Positions 38,291 through 50,370 of a stretch of 64,000 nucleotides of DNA are shown piece by piece. The stretch lies in assembly GCF_025612915.1 (NCBI RefSeq), contig NC_069116.1, positions 24,643,051-24,707,050 of the forward strand, read 5' to 3'. A program made the position numbers and the translations under genes. This DNA is from Crassostrea angulata. Lineage: Eukaryota. The first letter of the stretch is position 1. Each line of letters begins with the position of its first letter. The notes below the pieces were generated by a model. The model was not told the origin of the DNA and did no database searches. It saw only the letters and a program-made list of their open reading frames with translations.

Positions 38291-39927
38291 ATCTACAAGG
38301 GGTCAGTGACCTGTTCACCCCTAATACCCCCCGCCCCCCCAACAAAATAGCTCCTGAGTAAAAAAAAAAGGATAATAGATTTCCTCTTTCTTCCCCTCCT
38401 AGTCTTGGATTTTTTATTTATTTTGGACTAAGGTATTTGTAGAACCTGGTGAATGGAACAATGCACGAGATAATATTGGTTTACATAAAGTCTTTATACT
38501 AGCATACATGTATGTACTGAAACCATGATATTTTGTTTAGGCACCTAGCATCGTAGCAAAGTGGGTTGAGGGCAGACTCATCCAATCTTGCCTTGAAAAA
38601 AAAAACCAACTCAAAAATACTTTTTAAATAATTGAAAATCCTAATCCGTGGGGGTAGGGGGCTAAGTGTACCTTTAACTTCAATTTCACAATTTATTTCC
38701 TCTCTTTCATTTCAAATTTTACATGGTCCCAAAAACATTGGGGGGGGGGGGGTGCAACTGTATGTTAATTTCCTTTTTTATAAGTAAATCCAAGAAAAAT
38801 ATTTGCTGCGAGAAAACGTGTGCTGGAGGGGGGGCAGTCCCGTCCCCCTGTCCCTGCCCCCATTCCAACCCCCCCCCCCCCCTCCGATGCTAAGTGCCTG
38901 TTGTTTTCCTGTAACATTGATTTTGATTGTTCTCTCAATTATTTATTTAATTTTTTGGTGTAAAATCTAATGCACATAACATTTTAATCACTTCTGATCA
39001 TATTTTTCATATAAAAATCGCATTTTTAAATTGCACATATATCAGTTCGAAGTTCCTCCAAATAGCTTTCGAATTTCCTCCCAATCGTTTACCGATCCCG
39101 ATGGAAAGTTGATTCACGCATGCGCACATCCTGGTTATAGTGCCTGGTTATGGGATATAAAAAGTACCCTATTCTATACCTCAGACTTGGCCTGGGCAAA
39201 ACAAAAGGTTGGCAGTTATTAATCTGCCAATCTCATTAAAATTTCGGGATATTTGATGGACTAGTATATTTGTATTCGCTGTAGATATTGCTGCAAAATA
39301 ATGCGTATTTGGAATTGACGATTGCAGATCTGCCCCGGCATTTATTTTGCCACGGCCCGGGTTTGCATACCCATTTTACCAAGACTCGTATTCCATACTT
39401 CTAAAACGAGGTTCTTTGTTTAAAGCAGCCATGATATTATACGAAAAAGGGTCGATCTGACTATGATGAATTTGCTTGTTGTGCAACAGTTTGCATATGA
39501 AGGGAAGTTTTGAAACATGAAAAATATATTGGTGCCGATTTTGTGAAGTAAATTGAGGCTAAATATTTCAATGCGTTGACAGTTTTCACACATGACGTTG
39601 GTGTTAGCTTGTTCTGATTTTCGTTTCGTTTTCATTATTTATGCTTTGTAACCTGGAAACTATCGTCTGTATTTCGTGATTTTTCGTATCAAATCAATCA
39701 GAGACTTCGGTAAATCAAACAGTTACGTTAACTGTTTACCTGCGCAAATTAAGCAAAATCTGATGTAGGGGTACTGAAATACAATTCATTCTATCGGTAA
39801 TTCGGCATTATCTTTTGCATAATGGTAGATTAATGCAATAGGTTTTGTTGAGATGCTCGGCATTTTCTCTAGTTTATTCAGTTTAAATAGAGTTTGATAT
39901 CGCTTACGGAAACATATAGGTATATCC

Positions 39928-39930
<3 letters not shown>

Positions 39931-39987
<57 letters not shown>
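39931..39987. repeat. (TA)n microsatellite
   Basis: About 28 TA repeats. Confidence 0.95.
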
Positions 39988-39990
<3 letters not shown>

Positions 39991-40255
39991 TCATTTCGAA
40001 AAAATAAATTGTGTTCATTATTTGTTATACATGTAGTGCATGTTGTTTACAATTTCTATTTACTAACCATATTTGAGTGTTAAGCTTCGAATTATAAGCA
40101 AGATACAGAGATTTGCTCATAATTCTATGTTTGTACACAGATCTTTAAAGCTAAAGATTAAAAAAGTATAAAAAAAAATTGTCAATATTTATTACGAAAG
40201 TTTTCAAAATCTGTTCTTCCAGAAACCCACTTATTGAATTGTAAACTTAACCTTT

Positions 40256-41671
40256 TTAGCTCACCTGAGGATGGGGCAACAATGGGGGGGTCGAAGTTTA
40301 ACATGAATATATAGAGTAACTCTTAAGAAATCTTCTTCTCAGAAACTAATCGGCCAGGAAAGCTGAAACTTGTGTGGAAGCATCTTCAGGTAGTGTAGAT
40401 TCAAAGATGTGAAAATCATGACCCCTGGGGGTAGGGTGGGGCCACAATGGAGGGTTCAATTTTTTTTACATATGAATATAAAAAGTAAATCTTTAAAAAT
40501 CTTCTTCTCAGAAACTAATCGGCCAGGAAAGCTGACACTTGTGTGGATGCATCCTTAGGTAGTGAAGATTCAAATTTGTGAAAATCATGACCCCCGAGGG
40601 TAGGGTGGGGCCACAATAGGGGATCGACGTTTTACATAGGAATATATACAGTAAATCTTTAAAAATCTTCTTCTCAAAAACTAATCAGACAGGAAAGCTG
40701 ACACATGTGTGGATGCATCCTCAGGTAGTGTAAATTTTAAAGTTGTGAAAATCATGACCCCCGGGGGTAGGGTGGGGCCACAATGTGGGATCGAAATTTA
40801 ACATAAGAATATATAGAGTAAATCTTTAAAAATCTTCTTCTCAGAAACTAATTCGCCGGCAAAGCTGGAACTTGTGTGGAAGCATCCTCAGGTAGTGTAG
40901 ATTTTAAGTTGTGAAAATCATGACCCCTGGGGGTAGGTTGGGGCCACAATGGGGGATCGAAGTTTAACATATGATTATATACAAAAAAAATTTTAAAAAT
41001 CTTCTTCTCAGAAACTAATTAGCCAGGAAAGCTAAAACTTTTGTGGAAGCATACTCAGGTAGTGTAGATTCAAATTTGTGAAAACCATGACCCCTGGGGG
41101 TAGGTTTGGGCCATATTGGGAGGTCGATGTTTTACATAGGAATAAACAGAGTTATTCTTTAAAAATCTTCTTCCCAGAAACTAATCGGCCAGGAAAGCTG
41201 AAACTTGTGCGAAAGCATCCTCAGGTAGTGTAGATTCAAAGTTGTGAAAATAATGATCCCCAGGGTTAGGGTGGGGCCACAAGGGGGGGGGGGGGTCAAA
41301 GTTTAACAAAGGAATATATAGGGTAAATCTTTAAAAATCTTCTCAGAAACTAATCAGCCGGATGATTCTTTATAATTGTTAAGACTTTGGCCCCAGGACA
41401 ATTCTTTGGCCTCACGAGAAGGTTCAGAGTTTGATGTACGTTTATATCCCATATATAAACTATTGTTAGGGATCTTTTTTAGATCTGCAATACTCAACAT
41501 ATGATATGACTATAAAATCATCCTGTTAGAAAAGGGACTAATGATTATAAACATAAGAATATCCAGGGGAAAATGGATTTTATTTATACAGGATTTACAT
41601 GAATTATTGTACATTGTCCAGATAGTTTGTATTATGACTCCATTGAGATGATTTTATCATACCTCTTGTTC

Positions 41672-41686
<15 letters not shown>
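40256..41686 (+). mobile_element. Pearl-like non-autonomous TIR element with internal ~165-bp tandem repeats (Cg170-satellite-like)
   Basis: 5' end ttagctcacctgagg and 3' end cctcaggtgagcgat form 12-bp TIRs (gctcacctgagg). About 6.5 internal repeats of ...aatcttcttctcagaaactaatc.gccaggaaagctgaaacttgtgtggaagcatcctcaggtagtgtagattcaaagttgtgaaaatcatgaccccc.ggggtagggtggggccacaatgg... There is no long ORF. Confidence 0.65.
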
Positions 41687-41708
<22 letters not shown>

Positions 41709-41921
41709 ATAGTTTGTGTTTAATAGAGACGAAAGCAAACTGTACAATTGAAGTAGTAAATACCTATACCAGAAATGAGGATTTTTTCAAAAAATGAAAT
41801 AAAAATATGACTTTATTTGGATGGCAAATAAAAAGGACATTTTGAGAAATACGTGTCTGTTTACACCAAGAAATGTGATTAAAATCTTATAAAAATTTCG
41901 GCTATCTCTGTTATATTATAG

Positions 41922-44636
41922 GAATACAAGAAAAGTTTGGTGGATCAGCAAGAAGGACCAAATGTAATAGCTGAACAGTTGAATGATGTTGGCAACATCG
42001 CAGGTGTGTCAATAACAGCAGTACTCAATGAATCAAACTTAGATAATGTAGAGTTTGACATCGATGTGACACAAATGGAAAATGAGCCAGATGAAGTTGT
42101 AGAAACTTCCTCTCTTAAGGAATTAAATCAGATTTCAAAACCAACAATTCAAAGTTCCAGTGCTTCTAAGAAATGGGGGTTTTCCTTAGAAGCTGCTTTA
42201 AGTCCTACCCTTCAGACATACAGTTCCACCTCACCAGTCTTCAGTCCTGCTTCACCAGCATATGGTTCTACCTCTGCAGGATTTTGCCCCACCTCACCAG
42301 CATACAATCCCACCTCACCAGCATACAGTCCCACCTCACCAGCATACAATCTCACCTCACCAGCATACAGTCCCACCTCACCAGCATACAATCCCACCTC
42401 ACTAGCATTTAGACCTACCTCACCAATCTTAAAAGTGTCAAAAGCATTCAATCCCACTTCACCAGCTTATCTTTCTCCATCTATCACTCTCCGTCCCACT
42501 TTTCCAGCAATCTGTCTTAACTCCATATCACAAACATACTTCTCCACTACAGCAGCAGTCTCTCAAACCGTGCCACCACAAAGTTTCACTGGCAACATAG
42601 ATCAGAAAGCAGACCAAGAATATTCAGATGATGATATTCATGTTGAATCTGACAGTGAAGATGATGATTTTGAGGTGAATGATGACAGGGGAAGTAGTTT
42701 AGAGAGAAGACCTAGACCAATAGACAAATGCTTTGATGAAAATGAAGATATTGAGGAGAATGAGAGTAGTGCTAATATAATTAAGAGATATGGAGAACAA
42801 GAAAAATCTAATTATTCAGAAGGCAGGGGTTCAGAAAAAAGAAATAGATATTTGCAAAGTGAAGATCAAAGTTTTAAAAGTAGTAACAGTCCAGTTTTAA
42901 AGAGAAGAGGAAGGAGTAGAAACAGGATATATAACAGTAGACAAGAAGAAAGAGGAGTCAGAAGTTGTGATAGGAGCTGGAATAGAAGAGACAGAAATAG
43001 TGATAGAAGCGGAGATAGTAGCACCAAAAATATGGATAGAAGCTGGGATAGTATAACCAGAAGCAGAGATAGTAGCACCGAAAGTAGGAATAGGAGCTTG
43101 GATAGAAGATCCAGAAGTAGGGATAGAATCAGGGTTTCTAGATCCAGAATAAGGGATAGAAACTGGGATAGTATAACAAGAAGCAGGGAAAGTAGCACCA
43201 AAAGTAGGAATAGAAGAGACAGAAGTCATAATGGGACCTTTGATAGAAGATCAAGAAGTGGGGATAGAAGCTGGGATAGTATAACCGGAAGCCGGGATAG
43301 TAGCACCAAAAGAAGGGATAACAGCTCCAGAAGTAGGGATAGAAGCTGTGATAGTATAACCAGAAGCAGGGATAGTAGCACCAACAGTAGGGATAGAAGC
43401 TTGGATAGTAAAACCAAAAGCAAGGATATTAGCACCAAAAGAAGGGATAGAAACTTTGGTAGAAGGGACAGAAGTAGGGTTAGAAACTTTGATAGTATAA
43501 CCAGAAGCAGGGATAGTAGCTTGGGTAGAAGGGACAGAAGTAGAGATATGAACTTGGATAGTAGAACCAGCAGTAGGGATAAAAGATCCAGTAGAGATAG
43601 CAGCAGTGATTGCAGCACCAAAAGTAGGGATAGAAGCTTGGATAGAAGAGACAGAAAATGTGATAGAAGCTCGGATAGTAGAACCAGAAGTAGGGATAGA
43701 AGCAGGGATAGTAGAACCAGAAGTAGGGATAGAAGCAGATATACAAGAACCAAAAGTAGAGACTGGAGCTGGTATAGAAGAGACAGAAGTTATGATAGGA
43801 GCTGGGATAGAAGAGACCGAAGTAGGGATAGGAGCTTGGAGAGTAGAGACAGAAGTTATGATGGGAGCTGTACTAGGAAATCAAGAAGTACGGATAGAAG
43901 CTGGGAGAGAAGAGACAGAAGCTGGGATAGGGAAAATAGAAGAAGAGAAAGAAGAGACAGAAGTAGAGATAGATGCATGGATAGCAGTAGAGATAGAAGC
44001 TGGGATAGAAGAGACAGAAGATGTGATAGAAGCTGGGATGGAAGAAGCAGAAGTAGGGATAGAAGCAGGGATATTAGAACCAGAAGTAGGGATAGAAGCA
44101 GAGATACTAGAACCAAAAGTAGAGATTGGAGCTGGTATAGAAGAGACAGAAGTTATGATAGGAGCTGGGATAGAAGAGACCAAAGTAGGGATAGGAGCTG
44201 GGAGAGTAGAGACGGAAGTAGGAACAGAAGCTGGGATAGAGAAAACAGAAGAGATAGAAGAGACAGAAGAAGGGATCAAAGCTGGGGTAGAAGAGACAGA
44301 AGCAGGAACAAAAGCTGGGATAGTAGAGTCAGACGCCGCAATAAAAGCTGGGATGAAAGAGAAAATAGAAGAGATAGAAACATTTACAGAAAATCCAAAA
44401 GAAGAGATTGGAATTGGGAAAGTAGTAAAATAGGTAGTGATAGAAGCTGGGATAGAGACAGAAGCATTAAAGATAGGAGTAAAAAATTGTATGGAAAGAA
44501 AACAAGAGGCAGGAAAAGAAAAACAAGTAAGAAAAGTGATGATAGTAAGATGCCACAGAGAACCAAAGAACCGTATAATCTGAAGGGAACTCAGTTTGAA
44601 CTAGAGCTATCAGAAGAAGGTGAGATAATGGATTAA
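41922..44636 (+). CDS. Large low-complexity exon (acidic N-part, ~10 Pol II CTD-like heptads, ~600-aa RS/RD/W region) ending in stop
   Basis: The 899-aa ORF opens immediately after an acceptor (ttatattatag|GAA) at 41921. It carries ~10 Pol II CTD-like heptads ([18 protein letters not shown]) and a long RSRDRS/DRSW-repeat region. The in-frame TAA at 44634 is followed by AATAAA at 44649. An alternative GTGAGA donor at 44620 would continue into downstream PARP4 exons. Confidence 0.6.
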   Translation, partial: EYKKSLVDQQEGPNVIAEQLNDVGNIAGVSITAVLNESNLDNVEFDIDVTQMENEPDEVVETSSLKELNQISKPTIQSSSASKKWGFSLEAALSPTLQTYSSTSPVFSPASPAYGSTSAGFCPTSPAYNPTSPAYSPTSPAYNLTSPAYSPTSPAYNPTSLAFRPTSPILKVSKAFNPTSPAYLSPSITLRPTFPAICLNSISQTYFSTTAAVSQTVPPQSFTGNIDQKADQEYSDDDIHVESDSEDDDFEVNDDRGSSLERRPRPIDKCFDENEDIEENESSANIIKRYGEQEKSNYSEGRGSEKRNRYLQSEDQSFKSSNSPVLKRRGRSRNRIYNSRQEERGVRSCDRSWNRRDRNSDRSGDSSTKNMDRSWDSITRSRDSSTESRNRSLDRRSRSRDRIRVSRSRIRDRNWDSITRSRESSTKSRNRRDRSHNGTFDRRSRSGDRSWDSITGSRDSSTKRRDNSSRSRDRSCDSITRSRDSSTNSRDRSLDSKTKSKDISTKRRDRNFGRRDRSRVRNFDSITRSRDSSLGRRDRSRDMNLDSRTSSRDKRSSRDSSSDCSTKSRDRSLDRRDRKCDRSSDSRTRSRDRSRDSRTRSRDRSRYTRTKSRDWSWYRRDRSYDRSWDRRDRSRDRSLESRDRSYDGSCTRKSRSTDRSWERRDRSWDRENRRRERRDRSRDRCMDSSRDRSWDRRDRRCDRSWDGRSRSRDRSRDIRTRSRDRSRDTRTKSRDWSWYRRDRSYDRSWDRRDQSRDRSWESRDGSRNRSWDRENRRDRRDRRRDQSWGRRDRSRNKSWDSRVRRRNKSWDERENRRDRNIYRKSKRRDWNWESSKIGSDRSWDRDRSIKDRSKKLYGKKTRGRKRKTSKKSDDSKMPQRTKEPYNLKGTQFELELSEEGEIMD

Positions 44637-44648
44637 ATATTTAAACAG

Positions 44649-44654
44649 AATAAA
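44649..44654 (+). promoter_or_regulatory. Putative polyadenylation signal AATAAA
   Basis: It lies 13 nt after the stop codon of the low-complexity ORF. Confidence 0.35.
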
Positions 44655-45230
44655 CTATATTTGAAGAAATAAACATGATTTCTGTCCTATTATGTATTTT
44701 GTATATATATGCATTGATTTATTGCAATTGCCTCTTTGTAGAACTTTTGAATTCCTTGTGCCTTTATGAAAGTCAGTTTGAGGCACCTGTTGGAAATGGA
44801 GATATTGAAGTCCACTGCTGGACAGGTATAGATGTACACTCTTATAACAAAGATATATGAATCAAGTTTGTTATGAAGAATGTCAGAGTATTGGTAAATG
44901 ATAATGATTAATTCCATATTTGTAACTGAGTGGAATGGATCTAATTAAGGATTGTTAATAACATTAACAATTTTGTATTCATGCAATTTATATTGTTTTA
45001 ATGTTTGAGATTTGACTTATGTCTGACATGGTTAAAGTAATTAGTTTAAAACAATTTTTTTTAGAAATTTAATACACAATTTGTGCTTTCTTGAATTGGA
45101 GGACAAAATAAAATTTTTAGTAGAAACTGAGACATTAATCTGAGATTTGAAGTTTTTTAAATGAGAAATCCAAGACAGAACTCTGCCACTATATTTAACC
45201 TGAACTCAAGTTATGATTTTCTTACTTCAG

Positions 45231-45315
45231 GGAATTTGCACTATCAAAAGATTAGTACCAGGGAAAACATAAATTATGAAATTGACGTTTATGTTAATCC
45301 ACAGAGAAAAGAGAG
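45231..45315 (+). CDS. PARP4: Candidate small exon (phase-bridging)
   Basis: Acceptor cttacttcag, donor GTGAGA. It converts phase 1 to phase 2. Confidence 0.3.
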
Positions 45316-45418
45316 GTGAGAAACATTTGAGAGTGACTTTCATTGATAAGTATGCCTTATAAGAGCAAGTACAAAGGTATACACAGATTTGCCGTCATTT
45401 TCAGCTCACTGAGCATAT

Positions 45419-46760
45419 GGTGCACATTGGCGGATCCAGAGGGGGGGTTCCGGGGGTCGGAACCCCCCCTTTCTCTAGGACATATGAATTTTTTTTAAAA
45501 CGTTTAATGCCTATTTAAAGGCAATTTTTCCCATTTATAAAAAAAAAACTGTAATTATCTCAAATAAATGCTTTTAAATTTGCTTATTTAAAGAATTTCG
45601 TACTAAGTCCCATAATTTTGTTCTTATATGTTAAAACCCTATCGATTTTTTTATCGAAATAAAGTATATTGTACTCCCCTTCAGCATCCGGTGTTTACAA
45701 CACTGAGTAAATATGTGGAAAATTAAAGAATAAATACATAAAATTAAGCAGTATCACAGATTTATAATAACATCTACAATGTATTTTCTACTCTATTTCT
45801 TTAAAAAAAAAAATCGAATATAGTTCATACAGTTTTGAACTCACAAGCCATCGAGTAAAGCCGCTTTTAAATGTATTGTTTAGTTAATTAACCTAAATAA
45901 TCATAAAAGATGAGTTTTACTTCGTTTCATACGAAAAATACAAAGAAAACTACATGACCTGCTTATGCAGATTATGCTATTTTTCTGGAATGCTAGCTAC
46001 CTTCATACCCACTTTTAAACACAAAAGAAAGCTTTTTTGGTTTGTTTCCAAGAATCGAAAATTCTGTTACAAATATACCTTGTAAAGGGTTTATATGTAA
46101 ACCATTATGAAAATGCACGCTTTTTCAAAACTTTTTTAAAATATGCTCGCATCTGTACCAGTCCGGATGATGTAGATTACCCATTACAGAGGTCACATCA
46201 AGTTCCTTGGGACGACAATTGCTTTTACCATTGTATTACACACGTACCATCTTTTCAGCAGATAAATTATCCCCATTCTTTTGTCATATCCTATCATTTA
46301 GACCTTTATTCAAGAAGGCAATCAATAGAAATCAAAATCGATAAATAGTTCAGAATTAAAAAACATCAAAGACATAAAAAAAATTACCAAAATATCCATT
46401 TTTATAATAGTTTCTCGTAATTAGTCTGAGTTATTTTTTGTTTCTTAGTGTTTCTTTTCTATCAAGCATAGACGCACTTTCTCATTGCTGGAAACATGGG
46501 TTTCTTAAGGCTAGATATTATGCAAATCTTCCTTACCTAAACCAAAACGGCAAAACACTCAAAAATGCAGTGCACTCTGATGTTGATATAGATGTAAAAT
46601 AGATAGTGATGAGATAAATGTTTATTAAATACAGTTGTATACGCAGGAAAACGTTCAAAAAGCCCTTGTTTATTGACAAATGATGAATTTTGCACATATT
46701 GATTTTCATCAAATGGAACCCCCCCTTTTCCAAATTGCTGGATCCGCCTCTGGTGCATCT
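45419..46760. repeat. Segment flanked by inverted ggcggatccag / ggggggttcc motifs (possible small TIR element); left end forms hairpin gggggggttccgggggtcggaaccccccc
   Basis: 45425 attggcggatccagagggggggttcc pairs with rc(46700-46750) ggaacccccccttttccaaattgctggatccgcc. The internal 103-aa ORF (46037-46348) has no recognisable similarity. Confidence 0.3.
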
Positions 46761-47752
46761 AGGGACATTTCAGGAATAAAAAATTGGATGCTGAATCTAA
46801 GCTATAGGTATCAAATGCTAAAGGAGGTTACAGTTAAGGAGCAGGCTAAGTCTTTGGTGCATTTTCCCTTTGATGGCCATATTCACGTTAATAATAGCCT
46901 TATTCCTGTCTTCACCAAACTTTCATAGAGTGTGCATGTAATGATACTTCAGCACTTGACAAACTTGATTTCTGAATCTAAGCCATAGGTATTGAATGCT
47001 GAAGGAGGTTACAGGTTTAAAACCAGGTTAAACAATTATAGAGCATTAATTGCCTTTTGATGATCACATCTATGTTATTTTTGGTCCTATCTTTACTTAG
47101 ATGGATGATGCATCTTTTAATACTTATCTAATGCACTCTTCAAGCTTTGATGAGCATTAGGTGATGCTGGATGAGTTTAAAGTTTTTCGAGCAGGTCACA
47201 TACCTGGGTTAATGATGGTCCTTACTTATTCAAACATGCATGGTTGATTTAACTACATGTATGTAAATGAAGTACAAAGCAAAACTAGCTTCAAATACAG
47301 AGTGTGACCTTGATTTTTTAGATGCTCAGGCAGGTTTAAGTTTAAAAGCAATTCAAAGTGTGTTAGAGTTTTTAATTATAAAGAAACACATATTTTGGTT
47401 GGGTTGAAATTTTGTTGTTTTAAACCAAATAAAATTTTGTTGGCAATTAATTTCGTCATATTGCTATTTCTAAATTGTATCACCTATCAACTTTGTATTT
47501 ATAATACTTGGATTAAATATTTTTTGTGGATTTAATTTCGTTGATTTATTCTGCCAACGAAAATAACGAAATTTTTTAAATCCTGAACGAATATTTCTGC
47601 TTCTACAGAATAATAATCTCTTCGTGAAAAGCAAGGAACAAACTATATTGATTTATTATTAATAATATTTGCTTTATTAAATTTTATAATAAATTTTTGG
47701 AGTAAGGTTTCATGGTGTATGCAATTTGTATTCTAATTATTTAAACTTGTAG

Positions 47753-47924
47753 GGTACAAAATGTATTGTTGCCAAAAACATTATACATGACCTTTGTGCC
47801 AAGTTATCTGCTGAGAATGTTGAGCCTGCAGCAATTTCTGGAGAATGCAGTGCAAGCAACTATGAAAGTGCAAGATGCTCCAGAAGAATTCTTACCAATA
47901 GGAGAATTCTTACCGATAGGACTG
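47753..47924 (+). CDS. PARP4: Candidate exon (phase-bridging)
   Basis: Acceptor aaacttgtag, donor GTAAGA. It converts phase 2 to phase 0 as required by the exon at 49863. Confidence 0.35.
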
Positions 47925-47934
47925 GTAAGAACAA

Positions 47935-49700
47935 ATCATCATCGGCAAAAGAACATCTCACATTTCTCATCACTATGATTAAAAACATCTCATGTTCATC
48001 ATCAGGAACATATCACATTTCTTATCACTGTCACAGGAACATCTCACATTTCACAGGAATGTATCACATTTCACAGGAACATCTCACACATTTCTCATTA
48101 CTGTAACAGTAACATCTAACATTTCTCACCACTGTTACAGGAACATATGTCACATTTCTCATCACTGTCACAGGAACATATCTCACATTTCTCATAACTA
48201 TCACAGGAACATCTCACATTTCTCACCACTGTTACAGGAACATATCTCACATTTCCCATCACTGTCACAGGAACATATCTCACATCTTCATCACTGTGAC
48301 AGGAACATCTCTCACATTTCTCATCACTGTCACAGGAACATATCTCACAAATCTCATCACTATCAAAGGAACATATCTCACATTTCTCATCACTGTAACA
48401 GGAACATCTCACTTTTTTCACCACTGTCACAGGAACATATCTCACATTTCTCGTCACTGTGACAGGAATATATCTCTTATTACTGTCATGGGAACATCTC
48501 ACATTTCTCATCACTGTCACAAAAACATCTCACATTTCTAATCACTGTCACAGAAACACATCTCACATTTCTCTTCACTGTCACAGGAACATATCACACA
48601 TTTCATGTTACTGTCACAAGGACATCTCACATTTCTCATGACTGTCACAGAAATATCTCACATTTTTCATGACCGTCATAAGAGTGTCTCACATCCCTCA
48701 TGTTATTTTTTTTATACAGTTTCTACTACACAGAACTTGAGGGAACAAATCAATATCATTGCTGCAACAAAAGCATTATATTCTTAGTTTTTACATGCAT
48801 ATTCTTAAGCAGTGGTAATAGGTCATCATGTGAAAGTGATATTGGTGAGGGATCAGTACACAGAAAGTTCATACTTTGCGTTATTCAAACATGCATGTGT
48901 ATATTTATCATATGGGTCCCTTTTGGCACTCTCACTTTCACAGGAACATATCTCACATTTCTTATCACTGTCACAGAAACATCTTTTTCTTGTTACTGTC
49001 ACAGTAACATAACGCACATTTCTTATCATTGTAACATCACTGTAACAGGAACATCTCACATTTTTCACCACTGTCACAGTAACATATCTCACATTTTTCA
49101 TTACTCACAGGAACATCTCACATTTCTCATCACTATCACAGGATCATATCTTTCATTACTGTCATGGGAAAATCTCACATTTCTCGTCACTGTCACAAAA
49201 ACGTCTCTCATTTCTCGTCACTGTCCCATTAAAGCATCTCACATTTCTCGTCACTGTCACAAAAACATCTCTCATTTCTTGTCACTGTCACAGGAACATA
49301 TCACACATTTCTCATCACTGTCACAGGAACATCTCACATTTCTCATCACTGTCACAGGAACATATCTCACATTTCATGTCACTGTCACAAGAACATCTCA
49401 CATTCCTCATGACTGTCACAGAAATATTTCACATTTTTCATCACCGTCATAAGAGTGTCTCACATTCCTCATGTTGTTTTTTTATACAGTTTCTACTACA
49501 CAGAACTTCAGAAAACAAATCAATATCATTGCTGCAACAAAAGCAATACATTCTTATTTTTTACCTGCATTTTCTTTACTTTATACTACTTAAGCAGTTG
49601 TGAATAAGTCATCATGTGAAATTGATATTGGTGAGGGATCATGCAGTACACAGAAATGTCATACTTTGCGTTATTCAAACATGCATGTGAATGTTTATCA
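47935..49700. repeat. ~33-bp minisatellite (cacaggaacatatctcacatttctcatcactgt) in two arrays, each followed by a duplicated ~230-bp unique segment
   Basis: Arrays at ~47935-48690 and ~48935-49460. Segments 48700-48930 and 49470-49700 are ~85% identical. ORFs 47992-49452 are repeat artefacts. Confidence 0.85.
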
Positions 49701-49862
49701 TATGGGTCACTTTTGGCCATGCAAAATGTTAATTTGTTGAGCCAACACATTCACTGGATATATATGTTTCTGGTTTTTGGATTTCAAGAATTTAGCATCT
49801 TTTTCTTGAATAAGTATTGCTTGAATTGTCGGAAACTGTTAGAATGCTCTTGTTCTTTGTAG

Positions 49863-50018
49863 ATTGGATGCATTCAAATCGAGGAACCTAAGGGACATTT
49901 TGAACTTGTTTTAGCAATTCCACATTCTATGAGTGAGACAGTATTGTTCCTTATCCCAGAATATGGAAAGGCTGTGGCTGAACAGCTTGAAGAGTTTGTG
50001 AAGGAACATAAAATGCAG
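49863..50018 (+). CDS. PARP4: PARP4-like exon (IGCIQIEEPKGHFELVLAIP...)
   Basis: Acceptor tctttgtag, donor GTATGT. Matches human ...DEIVCIQHWQDAVPWTELL. Confidence 0.6.
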
Positions 50019-50210
50019 GTATGTGTTTGACAAAATCATATTATGTTTATATTGTTCAAAATTCACCTGTGGATTAGGAGCATAAATGTACAATTTCATA
50101 TGAATAGCCGTTATAAACAGAATATCTATCTAATTAATTATTAAAATTGTTATGAATGTACAATTCAGACAACATCCACACTTTCAACTAAGAAATATAA
50201 ATGACCATCA

Positions 50211-50213
<3 letters not shown>

Positions 50214-50246
<33 letters not shown>

Positions 50247-50338
50247 ATTCTGATCACATTTTGTCTGTCGTCCGTCCGTCTGTCCGTCCGTCCGTCTGTC
50301 CGTAAACTTTTCACATTTTCAACATCTTCTCAAGAACT

Positions 50339-50370
<32 letters not shown>

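Larger units (their letters stand above)
29395..39195. repeat. ~9.8-kb palindrome (inverted duplication), centre ~34295
   Basis: Unique flanks 29395-30290 and 38290-39195 are reverse complements. For example, ORF 29365-29559(-) and ORF 39031-39222(+) encode the same peptide. The interior is two head-to-head satellite arrays. Confidence 0.9.

Noticed and set aside
30234-38361. Dozens of overlapping 100-700-aa ORFs on both strands and in all frames (GDGYTDP, TLVMGIQ, PITRVCT and YHQGQST repeat proteins)
   Set aside because: They arise because the 21-bp satellite unit lacks stop codons in every frame. Frames are repeatedly switched by 1-bp indels and no start or stop architecture is consistent with a gene. 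The DGY-frame coding possibility is kept as a low-probability note in the findings.
42212-44566. Minus-strand Leu-rich ORFs (for example 43226-43753, 43856-44116, 42866-43201) and the + ORF 43606-44433 (EAGIEETE repeats)
   Set aside because: They are antisense or alternate-frame read-throughs of the AGA/GAT-rich coding repeat of the low-complexity exon. Only the 899-aa frame is continuous from the acceptor.
46037-46348. 103-aa ORF inside the 45.4-46.8 kb inverted-repeat-flanked segment
   Set aside because: It has no recognisable domain, splice context or conservation and is probably random.
47992-49452. ORFs with NISHFLSLSQEH and HCHRNISHISHH repeats
   Set aside because: They are artefacts of the 33-bp minisatellite and have no coding support.
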